DNA of 64,000 nt. It comes from Candidatus Spongiisociaceae bacterium. Its GTDB lineage: Bacteria; Actinomycetota; Acidimicrobiia; Spongiisociales; Spongiisociaceae. Each line of letters begins with the position of its first letter. Position 1 is the stretch's first letter. Below are positions 1 through 9,677 of the stretch, in pieces. The notes beneath the pieces are model-generated. The model searched no databases. It had not been told where the DNA came from and saw only the letters and a list, made by a program, of their open reading frames with translations. The DNA is taken from assembly GCA_965219685.1 (NCBI GenBank), contig CBDCOH010000002.1, positions 736,001-800,000 of the forward strand, in the 5' to 3' direction. Both the position numbers and the translations under genes were made by a program.

Positions 1-284
1 CCCGGGAGGGTGAACCGAAGCGCCTTCTGGTGCTCGATCCCGATACCAGAGTGCAACTGAACCTGCCTGGCGGAGGTGGCTACGGCGATCCGTTCACCCG
101 CGATCCCGAGGCGGTTCTGTGGGACGTGATCGAAGGGTACGTCTCGATCGAAGGAGCCCGCCAGGACTACGGGGTAGTGGTCGAATACCTGGGCGGAGAC
201 GACCAACTCGTACGTCTCCCCGGCGACTACCGCCTCGATCCCGAGGCCACCTCACTAGCGCGTCAGACCGTTCCGGAGGGCTAG
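1..284 (+). CDS. Hydantoinase B/oxoprolinase family protein, C-terminal end (runs in from before the window)
   Basis: LPGGGGYGDPFTRDPEAVLWDVIEGYVSIEGARQDYGVV is the typical HyuB C-terminal motif; stop TAG at 282-284. Confidence 0.85.
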   Translation, partial: REGEPKRLLVLDPDTRVQLNLPGGGGYGDPFTRDPEAVLWDVIEGYVSIEGARQDYGVVVEYLGGDDQLVRLPGDYRLDPEATSLARQTVPEG

Positions 285-468
285 CGGACAGGTGGGGGAC
301 ACCCGGTCTCGGCAGCCGTTCCAATGCGAGATAGTCGTCGGGAAACACGGGCCATATCCAGTCGACTCTTGACCTCTTGCAACACCAATCGTCCCAGGTA
401 GACAGCCATTCGCTAGACTCGCTAAAACGAACGCCAACCTTCTTGTGCCGGTATATCATTGTTTAGTG

Positions 469-474
469 TATAAT
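469..474 (+). promoter_or_regulatory. Putative -10 box (TATAAT) for the coiled-coil repeat gene
   Basis: Perfect TATAAT in an AT-rich patch of GC-rich DNA; GAGGTG SD precedes ATG 541. Confidence 0.5.
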
Positions 475-540
475 AGTGCCACCATATCCGGTGTCAGCTA
501 CGGACTCCTATACGAGCGGCCGGTAAACCGAGAGGTGCAG

Positions 541-1102
541 ATGGAACAGGTGATCGTCGGTATCGTCAGCCTCATCCTCCTGGTAGTTCTCTACCAGGAG
601 CGGGCTCGCCGTGCCGATGCGGCGGCGCTCCGGCGAGACATGAACGAAGGTTTTGCTGCGCTGCGCGCCGAGTTCAAACGGGATGCGGTCGTGCTGCGTG
701 ATGAGTTGAGGGGGGAGATTGCTGTGACTCGTGATGAGTTGAAGGGGGAGATTGCTGTGACTCGTGATGAGTTGAAGGGGGAGATTGCTGTGACTCGTGA
801 TGAGTTGAAGGGGGACATCCGGGAGTTGAGGGGGGAGATTGCTGTGACTCGTGATGAGTTGAAGGGGGACATCCGGGAGTTGAGGGGGGGAGATTGCTGT
901 GACTCGTGATGAGTTGAAGGGGGACATCCGGGAGTTGAGGGGGGAGATTGCTGCGACGCGGCAGGAGTTGAAGGAAGAGATGAGCCACGGGTTCGCCCGC
1001 ACCGACCGGCGTGTCGACAACCTCACGGCGAGCGTTCTCGCTCTCGCCGAGACTGTCGGACAGGTCAAAGGACGGACCGAGGCCCTCACGGCTACCGGGT
1101 GA
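541..1102 (+). pseudogene. N-terminal TM anchor + tandem-repeat coiled-coil protein, split by a +1 frameshift in a G7 tract (884-890)
   Basis: MEQVIVGIVSLILLVVLY TM segment, RDELKGEIAVT repeats; ORFs 445..909 and 899..1102 join into one 186-aa frame if G7 is read as G6, as in the sister repeat copies. Confidence 0.75.
697..958 (+). repeat. Coding tandem repeat, 33-bp and 54-bp units
   Basis: CGTGATGAGTTGA(A/G)GGGGGAGATTGCTGTGACT units followed by 54-bp units encoding RDELKGDIRELRGEIAVT. Confidence 0.95.
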
Positions 1103-1199
1103 TCCCTCGCGGCGCCGATCGATACGGGTTCGCATACGGCAACCGTAGAACTGACGGTAGCTAACGCTAAACCTTCGATTACCTACTAGAGACTACTAA

Positions 1200-1988
1200 C
1201 TAGGGCGTGTTCACGCTTTTGAGTGTGTCGTGGATGAGGGCGAGGGTGATGAATGCTAGGAAGATCATGTCGAGTTTGTCGTAGCGGGTGAAGACGCGTC
1301 GGTATGCTTTGATCCGTCGGAAGAGCCGTTCGATTTCGTTTCGCCGTTTGTATATGTCGCGGTCGTAGTCCCATTGGTGGCGCCGGTTGGCCTTGGGTGG
1401 GATGACTGGGGTGTATCCGAGAGCGAGGGCTGGTTGCCGTGTTTCGTTCCTTTCGTAGGCGCGGTCTGCTACCAGGAACAGTTGTAGTTGTTCGCCTTCT
1501 GGCTGCTTGGTTCGGGGTCCCAGCCTTTGGAGAAGCTCCCGTCCGTGGGGGCCGTCATGGTCTTGGCCTGGGGATATAGCGTAGATGATGGCAGTCCGGG
1601 CGTCGGCGGCGACCATGTGGATCTTGGTGGTCATACCTCCTCGGGAGCGTCCGATCGCCTGGGGACCCCGTTTTCGGAGAGCACCGGCGGCGTCGGGGTG
1701 GACCTTGACCGTCGTGCTGTCCAAGCCCAGCACGTCGGGGTCGATGAGTTGTTCTTGTTGGAGGCGTTCGAACACCCGAGCCAGGACGCCGCTGGCCGAC
1801 CAGCGGCTGAACCGCATGTAGATGGTGTGCCAGTTCCCGAACCGTTCGGGAAGCCCCCGCCATTTGCAGCCTTGCTCCAGTATGTGCAGCATGGCGTTGA
1901 GGGCGTCGAGGTTGGAGACTTTGACGTTGCCCCGCTGCTTCGGGAACGCGTCTGCTATTAGTTGGTATTGTTCTTCTGTTATCTCTAT
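1200..1988 (-). CDS. IS5-family DDE transposase
   Basis: GCKWRGLPERFGNWHTIY, LDSTTVKVH, SRGGMTTKIH, ADRAY, YKRRNEIERLF motifs; frame extends upstream of ATG 1892 to IEITEEQYQLI starting at ATA 1988. Confidence 0.92.
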   Translation of the reverse strand: MEITEEQYQLIADAFPKQRGNVKVSNLDALNAMLHILEQGCKWRGLPERFGNWHTIYMRFSRWSASGVLARVFERLQQEQLIDPDVLGLDSTTVKVHPDAAGALRKRGPQAIGRSRGGMTTKIHMVAADARTAIIYAISPGQDHDGPHGRELLQRLGPRTKQPEGEQLQLFLVADRAYERNETRQPALALGYTPVIPPKANRRHQWDYDRDIYKRRNEIERLFRRIKAYRRVFTRYDKLDMIFLAFITLALIHDTLKSVNTP

Positions 1989-2035
1989 ATGATAATAATA
2001 TCACATCAGTGTAACTTAGAGTGAACACGCCCTAG
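1200..2035 (-). mobile_element. IS5-family insertion sequence (IS427/IS1031-like)
   Basis: Perfect inverted ends CTAGGGCGTGTTCAC (1200-1214) / GTGAACACGCCCTAG (2021-2035) including the CTAG target; lower GC; encloses a transposase. Confidence 0.95.
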
Positions 2036-2052
2036 AAACCAGGACCAGTCAT

Positions 2053-3423
2053 CTAGGTGGCGATGTAGACGTTCTTGAGTTCGGTGTAGTAGTCGAGGGC
2101 GTCGGGGCCGAGGGCTCGGCCGATGCCGGATTGCTTGAATCCTCCATAGGGCGTGGCGACCCGAACCGACCAGTTGGAGTTCACCGACAACGTACCCGCG
2201 TCCACGGCTCTGGCCACCCGGAGCGCCTTGGAGCCGTTCTCGGTCCAGATCGAACCGGAAAGGCCGTAGATGGTGTCGTTGGCGATGGCAATGGCTTCTT
2301 CCTCATCCTCGAACGGCATGACGCAGGCCACCGGCCCGAAGATCTCCTCGGTCACCACGCGGGCGTCCGCTGACTTCGGGGTGACGACGGTGGGCGCGAA
2401 CCAGAACCCCGGTCCGTCCGGGGCGCTTCCCCGGGCCACGACGGTGGTTTCGTCATCGAGGAACGAAGCGACCTTGGTCCGATGCTCGGCTGTGATCAGG
2501 GGACCCATCTCGGTGGTCTCGTCCATGGGGTTACCCACCCGCATGGCCGACACGTTGGCGGACAGGAGTTCCAGGAAGCGGTCCATCGCCGCTCGTTCCA
2601 CCAGGATCCTGGAGCGCGCGCAGCAATCCTGGCCGGCGTTGCCGAACACCGCGCCGGGAGCGGCCGCGGCAGCGCGCTCGAGGTCGGCGTCGGCGAACAC
2701 GATGTTGGCCGACTTGCCGCCCAACTCCAGGGTCACGCGCTTTAGCGTGGCGGAGGCTCGGGAGCTGATCCGCTTACCTACGTCGGTCGAGCCGGTGAAG
2801 CCGATCTTGGCGACGTCCGGGTGGTCGACGAGCCGCTCGCCCACCAGGCTGCCCGGTCCGGCCAGCACCTGGAACACACCTTCGGGCAGGCCCGCCTCCA
2901 GCGCGATCCGTTCGAGTTCGATGGCGGTGAGCGGGGTGAGTTGCGCCGGTTTCAGGACCACCGTGTTGCCGGCCGCCAGGGCGGGCGCCACCCCCCACGA
3001 AGCGATCGCCAGGGGGAAGTTCCAGGGTGTGATCAGACCCACGACCCCCATCGGTTCCTTGAAGGTCATGTTGACGCCCCCCGGAACGGGAATGGTCTTT
3101 CCGGTTAGGCGTTCGGGGGATCCGGCGTAGTAGGTGAAGGTGGCGGCCACCACCCCGACCTCGCCCAAGGCGTCGTTGATCGGCTTCCCGACGTTGCGGG
3201 ACTCCAAACGCGCCAGGTACACGGCCTGCTCCTCGACGGCTGCTCCGATACGTCTGAGGATCGTGGCCCGATCGCTGGCGGTGACGTTGCGCCACGTCGC
3301 GAAGGCACGCTTGGCTCTCGCCACGGCCCGGTCCGTGGCTTCCAAACCTGCGGCGGGAAGCTTGGCTATCACCTGTTCCGTTGCGGGTTCGATGACCTCG
3401 ATGGAGTCTCCGACCGTCTTCAT
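2053..3423 (-). CDS. Aldehyde dehydrogenase (aminoaldehyde/gamma-glutamyl-aminoaldehyde dehydrogenase-like)
   Basis: ITPWNFP, FTGST, LELGGKS, NAGQDCCA, EEIFGP, GGFKQSG motifs; start uncertain (3423 or 3435). Confidence 0.95.
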   Translation of the reverse strand: MKTVGDSIEVIEPATEQVIAKLPAAGLEATDRAVARAKRAFATWRNVTASDRATILRRIGAAVEEQAVYLARLESRNVGKPINDALGEVGVVAATFTYYAGSPERLTGKTIPVPGGVNMTFKEPMGVVGLITPWNFPLAIASWGVAPALAAGNTVVLKPAQLTPLTAIELERIALEAGLPEGVFQVLAGPGSLVGERLVDHPDVAKIGFTGSTDVGKRISSRASATLKRVTLELGGKSANIVFADADLERAAAAAPGAVFGNAGQDCCARSRILVERAAMDRFLELLSANVSAMRVGNPMDETTEMGPLITAEHRTKVASFLDDETTVVARGSAPDGPGFWFAPTVVTPKSADARVVTEEIFGPVACVMPFEDEEEAIAIANDTIYGLSGSIWTENGSKALRVARAVDAGTLSVNSNWSVRVATPYGGFKQSGIGRALGPDALDYYTELKNVYIAT

Positions 3424-3669
3424 CCGTCTCTCCATTCCTACCCCGGGTGTGACGGATTCCGGCATCGGCCACAAGATGAGAGCCGGAATCTTCCTGACCA
3501 GCAGGGTTCGTTTTCGGACCGACCGCTACCGCGGCCCACCCGTCGACGGCAAGCTACCTGTTCAGCGCGTGCGGACCCAACCGCTAGCATCCTTCTGCGG
3601 TACCTTTCCAGGATACAGCCGAGCCCGAGAGGCGATCCATCCCCGACCGGCTACCGACTGGAGGCTCAA

Positions 3670-5751
3670 GTGCAACTGATCCCACCCTTGGTAGAACCCG
3701 GCTCCAGTTCCGTCCTGCAACTGGAAGTGGTCAAGCCTTACCGCGTGGTCGTGTCGGGCGACGGCTCCTGGGTCGAGGACTCCACCGGCAAGCGCTACCT
3801 GGACGCGATGAGCGGTGGCTCGATGGCGGCCACGCTGGGCCACGGCCGCCGTGACCTGATCGAGCTTGCCTGGGAGCAGTCCCGGCGGGTCGGCTACCTC
3901 GACAACAACCGTCTTACCAACCCTTGGCAGGAGGCTCTTGCGGCCGAGTTGGTGGAACTGGCGCCGGCCGGATTCTCACGGGTGCGTTTCGTGACCGGCG
4001 GGTCCGAAGCCAACGAGGCGGCCATCAGGGGTGCGCGTATGTACCACGTCACCCGGGGCGAGCCGCAGCGCTGGCAGATCATCTCTCCGGCGCAGGCCTA
4101 TCACGGTCCCACGATGCAGACCCTCGCCCTCACCGGCCGTCCCGGGCTGCAGGGCGCGTTCGGCCCCTACCTGAGCAGCCACCGCCACGTCCCTCCTTCG
4201 ACTCGCCGCTTCGACCCCTCCGGGCAGGAGGCGCTCGACGCCCTGGACGAGGCACTGGAGCAGGTCGGCCCCGAGAACGTCTCAGCGTTCTTCTGCGAGC
4301 CGATCAGCGCCGCCTCGCTACCCGCCTACTCACCTCCCGCACGTTTCTGGGAAGGCTTGGCGGAGCGTCGGGACCGGTACGGGTTCCTCATCTGCTTCGA
4401 CGAGGTGGTCACCGGCGTGGGAAGGACCGGCAACTGGTTCGCGGCCAACGATCTGCCCATAGTCCCCGATCTCATCGCAACGGCCAAGGGGCTAGGGGCC
4501 GGGTACACCGCCATCGGGGCCGTTCTGTACGCCGCCCATGTCTACGAGGACATCGCCGCCGGGGCGGACTCGTTCGCCCTCGGCCACACCTGGGACGGTT
4601 CGCCCCTCCCTTGTGCGGTGGGTCTGGCCGTTCTGGGGATCCTGAAGTCCGAAGGATGGGTGGATCACGTCGCGGCCCGCGGCCCGTTGCTGCGTGACCA
4701 GTTGGCGGCGGCTCTCCGGGAATCCGATCTCGTGGGCGACGTCCGGGGACGTGGCTACCTGCTCGGCATCGAGTTCGTGGACCCTCGGGACGGTCACTCG
4801 TTCCTTCCTCCGGAGTTGGGGGTGGCAGGCCGGATCGAGCGGGCCGCGGCGCGCAACGGTCTGTTAGTGCTCGGCACCATGCCCACGCGGGACGGATTCG
4901 CCGGTGACCAGCACCTGTTTGCTCCGCCCTTCCCGACCTCGGATGAGGACCTAGCGGAGATGGTGGAGCGAATGGCGACCGCCGTGGCCGAGGTGGCGGC
5001 CGAAGTGAAGGAAGAACTGGTGTCGGGTCCATCGGCCGGTGGCGACCCGTCCGAAGGACTGTGCGTGCTCATCGTCCAGCACGAGGATCCGACGCCCGCC
5101 GGTTTCGTCCACGAGTGGTTGGAGGACCGGGGTGCCGACGTCGAGATCTACCGGATCGACCTGGAGGACCGCCGCGTCGACCCGACCCGCTACGACCTGA
5201 TCGTCTCGCTCGGATCGGAGTTCGCTGCATTCGACGACTCGATTCCCTGGATCGACCGTGAGAAGGACCTTCTGGTCGAGGCATACGGCGCCGACGTGCC
5301 GATCCTGGGCCTATGTTTCGGTGGCCAGTTGCTGGCCAGGGTTCTGGGTGGCGACTCCTACCGGGGGGAGATCTCCGAAGTGGGTTGGCTTCCGGTACGC
5401 AGCGTCGATGAGGACCTGGTACCCCAAGGACCCTGGTTCCAGTGGCACTTCGACACCTTCTCGGTGCCGCCCGGAGGTGAACTGATCGCCGATACCGAGG
5501 CTGGTCCACAAGCCTTCGTGGTCGGCCGCAGCCTCGGGGTGCAATTCCACCCGGAGGTGAACAACGAGATCATGGAGGACTGGGTTGACGTATACCGCCA
5601 CGAACTCGACGACGAGGGAGTCGATCCCGACGCCCTGCTGGAAGAGACCAGACAACTGGAGCCCCGATCGAAAGCTGTCGCGGCACAACTACTGGAGCGT
5701 TTTGCCGAGGACATAGCCGGCTTGGCCCTGCCGATGCGGGGGAGGGACTGA
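3670..5751 (+). CDS. Class-III PLP aminotransferase fused to a C-terminal type-1 glutamine amidotransferase (GATase1) domain
   Basis: GGSEANE, FDEVVTGVGRTG, TAKGLG (PLP Lys); then VLIVQHE...GLCFGGQLLA...QFHPE (Cys-His-Glu triad); GGAGG SD before GTG. Confidence 0.9.
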   Translation: MQLIPPLVEPGSSSVLQLEVVKPYRVVVSGDGSWVEDSTGKRYLDAMSGGSMAATLGHGRRDLIELAWEQSRRVGYLDNNRLTNPWQEALAAELVELAPAGFSRVRFVTGGSEANEAAIRGARMYHVTRGEPQRWQIISPAQAYHGPTMQTLALTGRPGLQGAFGPYLSSHRHVPPSTRRFDPSGQEALDALDEALEQVGPENVSAFFCEPISAASLPAYSPPARFWEGLAERRDRYGFLICFDEVVTGVGRTGNWFAANDLPIVPDLIATAKGLGAGYTAIGAVLYAAHVYEDIAAGADSFALGHTWDGSPLPCAVGLAVLGILKSEGWVDHVAARGPLLRDQLAAALRESDLVGDVRGRGYLLGIEFVDPRDGHSFLPPELGVAGRIERAAARNGLLVLGTMPTRDGFAGDQHLFAPPFPTSDEDLAEMVERMATAVAEVAAEVKEELVSGPSAGGDPSEGLCVLIVQHEDPTPAGFVHEWLEDRGADVEIYRIDLEDRRVDPTRYDLIVSLGSEFAAFDDSIPWIDREKDLLVEAYGADVPILGLCFGGQLLARVLGGDSYRGEISEVGWLPVRSVDEDLVPQGPWFQWHFDTFSVPPGGELIADTEAGPQAFVVGRSLGVQFHPEVNNEIMEDWVDVYRHELDDEGVDPDALLEETRQLEPRSKAVAAQLLERFAEDIAGLALPMRGRD

Positions 5752-5782
5752 CCATGTCCGATCAACCGGAGGGAGTAGCCAG

Positions 5783-7135
5783 GTGACCATCGACGCCGCA
5801 TCCACCAGCGTGTTTCCCAAGTTTCTGAATCGGGCCTACCCGAATGTCGATCGTGGCCGCGGTGTGTGGCTCCAAACGACCGCCGGTCGGAGCATTCTCG
5901 ACGCCTGCTCCGGTGGGACTATGGCGGCGGGCCTCGGTCACGGAGTCGACGAGATCGTGGATGTGGCTGCGGCCGGTCTGGGAGACATCGTCTATTACTA
6001 CGCCCATCACTTCACCAACCTTCCGCAGGAGGAACTGGCGGCCCGCCTTGCGGAGTTGGCGCCGGAGATGGCCAGAGTCCGCTTCCTGAGCGGTGGTTCG
6101 GAGGCCAACGAGACCGCTCTGCGCCTGGCTCGCCAGTATCACGTGGACCGCGGCGAAGCTGCTCGCTGGAGGGTCATCTCACCGGCGCAGGCCTACCACG
6201 GCGCCACGATGGCGACCCTGTCGCTGGTTGGCCGGCCCGGCCTGCAGGCGCCGTTCGACCCCTACCTCTCCGAGCACCTCCACATCCCGCCGTCCACGGG
6301 CCGGTTCGACCCGACCGGCCAGGCCGCCCTCGACGCTTTGGATGACGCGCTGGAGCAGGCCGGTCCCGGGAATGTCTCGGCCTTCTTCTGCGAACCGGTA
6401 AGCGCGGCTTCGCTGCCCGGCTACTCGGCCCCGTCCTCCTTCTGGGAAGGGCTGGCCGAGCGAAGGGACCGCCACGGTTTCCTGGTCTGCTTCGACGAGG
6501 TGGTCACCGGCATGGGGCGTACGGGAGACTGGTTCGCCTACCAAGGCATGCCGATAACCCCGGACATAGTGACCATCGGGAAGCTCCTCGGTGGTGGCTA
6601 CTTCCCGCTCGCCGCCACCATGTGCCGCCAACCGGTCTACGACGCCCTGGCAAACGGATCGAAGGACTTCGATCTGGGACACACGTGGGACGGGGCCCCT
6701 CTCAGCTGCGCAGTGGGTCTGGCGGTCGTCGACTACATCGAGTCCCATGGTCTGGTCGAGCGGGTGGCCGCGCGTGGACCGGCGCTGCTCGAGGAGTTGC
6801 GGGCGGCTGTCAAAGGCTACGAGATCGTCGGCGAGGTCAGAGGCCGGGGGTTCCTTCTCGGTGTCGAGTACGTGGATCCCCGGGACGGAACCTCGATCCC
6901 ACCGGCGTCCCTAGGGATCGCCGGCCGGATCGACACATCCGCGCTGGACAACGACCTCATCGTCATGTCGACCCATCCCAATGCGGACGGATACGCCGGT
7001 GACCAGACCGTCTTCGCCCCGGCGCTGACCAGCACCGACGAGGAGTTGGGCGAGATGGTCGAAAGGCTCGCCCACGTGATCGGGGAGGTCGACAGGACGG
7101 TAAGGGACATCTTGGCCAACGGAGGAACGACATGA
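5783..7135 (+). CDS. Class-III PLP aminotransferase
   Basis: SGGSEANETA, FDEVVTGMGRTG, TIGKLLGGG; paralog of the preceding aminotransferase domain. Confidence 0.93.
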   Translation: MTIDAASTSVFPKFLNRAYPNVDRGRGVWLQTTAGRSILDACSGGTMAAGLGHGVDEIVDVAAAGLGDIVYYYAHHFTNLPQEELAARLAELAPEMARVRFLSGGSEANETALRLARQYHVDRGEAARWRVISPAQAYHGATMATLSLVGRPGLQAPFDPYLSEHLHIPPSTGRFDPTGQAALDALDDALEQAGPGNVSAFFCEPVSAASLPGYSAPSSFWEGLAERRDRHGFLVCFDEVVTGMGRTGDWFAYQGMPITPDIVTIGKLLGGGYFPLAATMCRQPVYDALANGSKDFDLGHTWDGAPLSCAVGLAVVDYIESHGLVERVAARGPALLEELRAAVKGYEIVGEVRGRGFLLGVEYVDPRDGTSIPPASLGIAGRIDTSALDNDLIVMSTHPNADGYAGDQTVFAPALTSTDEELGEMVERLAHVIGEVDRTVRDILANGGTT

Positions 7136-8424
7136 CCTGGAACCCATCCGACGACGGCTTCGTACTGCTGGGGATGCCGGATGTGCACGGCTCGATCCGG
7201 GGCAAAGCGTTCCGGCCGGGCGCGTTTCGATCAGCCGTCGAGAAGGGAACGGTGATGACCGATCTGTGGCTGGGCCTGGATCCGGTCGACATGCCGATCG
7301 CCGACTACCAGGAGTACGGCATCAATACCGGGGCTCCCGATCTCCTGCTGCAGCCGGACCCGGACAGCCTGCGCCCGCTGGCCTGGCGCCCGGGTTGGGG
7401 CATCTGCCTGGCTGACCCGAGTTGGCCGGACGGTTCAAGGTGCACCCTCGCTTCCCGCGAGGTACTGCGGGACGCACTTGCTGATCTAGGAGGTCTCGGC
7501 TACGAGGTGATGGCGGGTTTCGAGTACGAGGTCCGGATCCGTGACGAGGAGGACAAGCCCCTGTCGTCGGGCATCAGCTACAGCCTGGGGGAGATCGGCC
7601 GATTCGACCGGCTCCTGGAGGTGTTGGTACCGGCACTGGAAGGTCTCGGCGTGGACCTCGAGGCGGTCCACACCGAGGCGGGTCCGGGCCTTCTGGAGTT
7701 GAACATCGCGGCGAAGCGCGGGATGCAGGCCGCCGACGACGCCGCTCTGCTCAAGTTTGCGGTCAAGGAGGTGGCGGCGTCCCTCGGTCTCACGGCCAGC
7801 TTCCTTGCCAAGACCATGCCGCTCGAGGAGGGTTCGAGCGGACACGTACACATGTCGTTCTGGCAGGGCGAACACAATGCCTTCGCCCCCGATGACCACG
7901 GGAGCTTCCCGGATGCGTGCATGGCCGCCATCGGAGGCATCCTCGACCACCTGCCGGCCGCCTCGCTACTCGTGAACCCCACGATCAACTCCTACAAGCG
8001 CCTGGTTCCGGGCTACTTCGCCCCGGTCAACGTGAGTTGGGGCTACGAGAACCGTTCTACCTCGGTGCGGGCCATCCGGGGCGGCCGTCCCGCCCGTTCG
8101 CGCCTGGAGTGCCGCCGACCCGGGGCCGACGCCAACCCGTACCTGGCACTGTCGGCGCTGGTCACGTCCGCCATCCTGGGAATCCGGGACGGGGCGGTGC
8201 CTCCTGCTCCGGAGACCACAGATGTCTCCGAGCGGGCCGACCTGCCCGCTCTGCCCAACTCGTTGGAGAGCGCCCTGGGAGCCTTCCGTGCCGACACCGC
8301 CCTGCAGCAGGCGCTGGGCGCGGAGTTCAGCGGCTACTACGACATATCGCGGGCCTGGGAACTGCGGGCCTGGCAGGAGAGCGTCAGCGATTGGGAGCGG
8401 GAACGCTATACGAGGGCTGTCTAG
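7132..8424 (+). CDS. Glutamine synthetase-like ligase (gamma-glutamyl-amine synthetase, PuuA-like)
   Basis: DVHGSIRGK, GFEYE, HTEAGPGLLE, GSSGHVHMS, NSYKRL, WGYENRS, ECRRPGADANPY. Confidence 0.9.
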   Translation: MTWNPSDDGFVLLGMPDVHGSIRGKAFRPGAFRSAVEKGTVMTDLWLGLDPVDMPIADYQEYGINTGAPDLLLQPDPDSLRPLAWRPGWGICLADPSWPDGSRCTLASREVLRDALADLGGLGYEVMAGFEYEVRIRDEEDKPLSSGISYSLGEIGRFDRLLEVLVPALEGLGVDLEAVHTEAGPGLLELNIAAKRGMQAADDAALLKFAVKEVAASLGLTASFLAKTMPLEEGSSGHVHMSFWQGEHNAFAPDDHGSFPDACMAAIGGILDHLPAASLLVNPTINSYKRLVPGYFAPVNVSWGYENRSTSVRAIRGGRPARSRLECRRPGADANPYLALSALVTSAILGIRDGAVPPAPETTDVSERADLPALPNSLESALGAFRADTALQQALGAEFSGYYDISRAWELRAWQESVSDWERERYTRAV

Positions 8425-8453
8425 CGTCGCCTTGACCGAAGGGAGTTTCGGGA

Positions 8454-8891
8454 ATGACCGTCAGGTTGAATAGAGCGGTGGGGGCCGGAATGGTTGCGTA
8501 CTCGGCTCTGTACGGGATCCAGGTGGTCTTCGGAATCCTCTACTCGGATGCTCTGCCGGCGTCCGATGTGTACGCGGTCATGAACTACATCTCGGCGGCG
8601 GGGATTCTTGTCTCGCTGGCCGTGGCCTGGTGCCGCAAGCGCGGATGTGGCCTTGGGCCCGCCGGTCCGGAACAGTATCTGGCGGTGCAAGCAGGTTTCT
8701 ATGTGGCCCTGGCTCTGGCAATCTGGTTCTTCACTCTCTGGTTGCGGCTGCTCACGCTCGACGACGGTGAGACCGTCCCGGACCCCGACACGGTTATCTG
8801 GTTCCTGGTATCTGCCCTGATCCCGATTGTCTTGGGTACCAACGGCGCCGTACTCTGGAAGTCCGGCAAGTTGGTGAGTCGTGAGTGGTGA
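8454..8891 (+). CDS. Hypothetical membrane protein (about 4 TM segments)
   Basis: Four hydrophobic stretches; GGGAG SD; stop codon lies inside a heptamer array. Confidence 0.65.
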   Translation: MTVRLNRAVGAGMVAYSALYGIQVVFGILYSDALPASDVYAVMNYISAAGILVSLAVAWCRKRGCGLGPAGPEQYLAVQAGFYVALALAIWFFTLWLRLLTLDDGETVPDPDTVIWFLVSALIPIVLGTNGAVLWKSGKLVSREW

Positions 8892-8904
8892 GTGGTGAGT
8901 GGTG
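8872..8904 (+). repeat. Heptamer array (TGGTGAG) x4.7
   Basis: TGGTGAG TCGTGAG TGGTGAG TGGTGAG TGGTG. Confidence 0.9.
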
Positions 8905-9040
8905 TCCAGATAGACCAAGTCGCTGAAGCAGGAGCCTACGAGGTTGCTATTCGGATGGTCCACCCATGCCTCTCTCGTGTCGTGTTGCCGGTGCAAACGT
9001 CCTGCTTGAAACTTCGGAAAAGGGTTGAGGCCCGCCCAAC

Positions 9041-9057
9041 GTAATTACAGTAATTAC
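9041..9057. promoter_or_regulatory. Putative antitoxin operator: tandem palindromes GTAATTAC-A-GTAATTAC
   Basis: Two self-complementary 8-mers just upstream of TATCAT and the TA operon. Confidence 0.6.
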
Positions 9058-9102
9058 TTCGACTATCATGGGCAGGTCGTGGGCGGATAATCGGGAATCA
9101 AG

Positions 9103-9345
9103 GTGAGCGCGAGGGAAGTGAAGCTGATCCGGATCGGCAACTCAAAGGGTATCCGGATACCGAAGACCATTCTCGACCGGTATGGCTGGGAGGACTCCCT
9201 GGTCTTGGAGGAGGCTGAAGACAGTGTCGTCCTGAGGGGGAACGAGGCCGGCAAGCTGTCCTGGGAGCGAACCTACCGTGCGATGGCCTCCGAGCAGGAG
9301 GACTGGAGCGACTTCGACGTAACTGCCGCAGACGGACTGGACTGA
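9103..9345 (+). CDS. mazE: AbrB/MazE/SpoVT-family antitoxin
   Basis: KLIRIGNSKGIRIPK signature; acidic tail EDWSDFDVTAADGLD. Confidence 0.9.
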   Translation: MSAREVKLIRIGNSKGIRIPKTILDRYGWEDSLVLEEAEDSVVLRGNEAGKLSWERTYRAMASEQEDWSDFDVTAADGLD

Positions 9346-9677
9346 TGGCGGACTTCCCCGAGCGGTATGCTGTCCACTTCGCTGATCTCAACCCCACGGT
9401 CGGTAGTGAGATCCACAAAGTTCGTCCCGTTGTGATAGTCAGCCGCAACGAGATGAACAAGTTGGTAAGTACTGTCGTGGTTTGCCCGCTCACCTCCAGG
9501 CTGCATCCACGCTGGCGTGGGCGGCTACAGATCCGTTGTGCGGGCAAGGAAGCCGAGATAGCCGTGGATCAGATCCGAGCCATCGACAAGCAGCGCCTGC
9601 GGAGGCGGATCGACCGGCTGTCCTCGGGCGAGGCCCGCCTGCTACGCCGCACGATCACCGAGATGTACGGGGAGTAG
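9345..9677 (+). CDS. mazF: PemK/MazF-family endoribonuclease toxin
   Basis: DLNPTVGSEIHKVRPVVIVS, VCPLTS, DQIRAIDKQRL; TGATG coupling to the antitoxin. Confidence 0.92.
   Translation: MADFPERYAVHFADLNPTVGSEIHKVRPVVIVSRNEMNKLVSTVVVCPLTSRLHPRWRGRLQIRCAGKEAEIAVDQIRAIDKQRLRRRIDRLSSGEARLLRRTITEMYGE

Noticed and set aside
94-459. Minus-strand 121-aa ORF
   Set aside because: Overlaps the hydantoinase end and has no recognisable motif.
8926-9008. Inverted 8-mer AAGCAGGA/TCCTGCTT as a possible MITE
   Set aside because: Too short, single copy, no target duplication seen.
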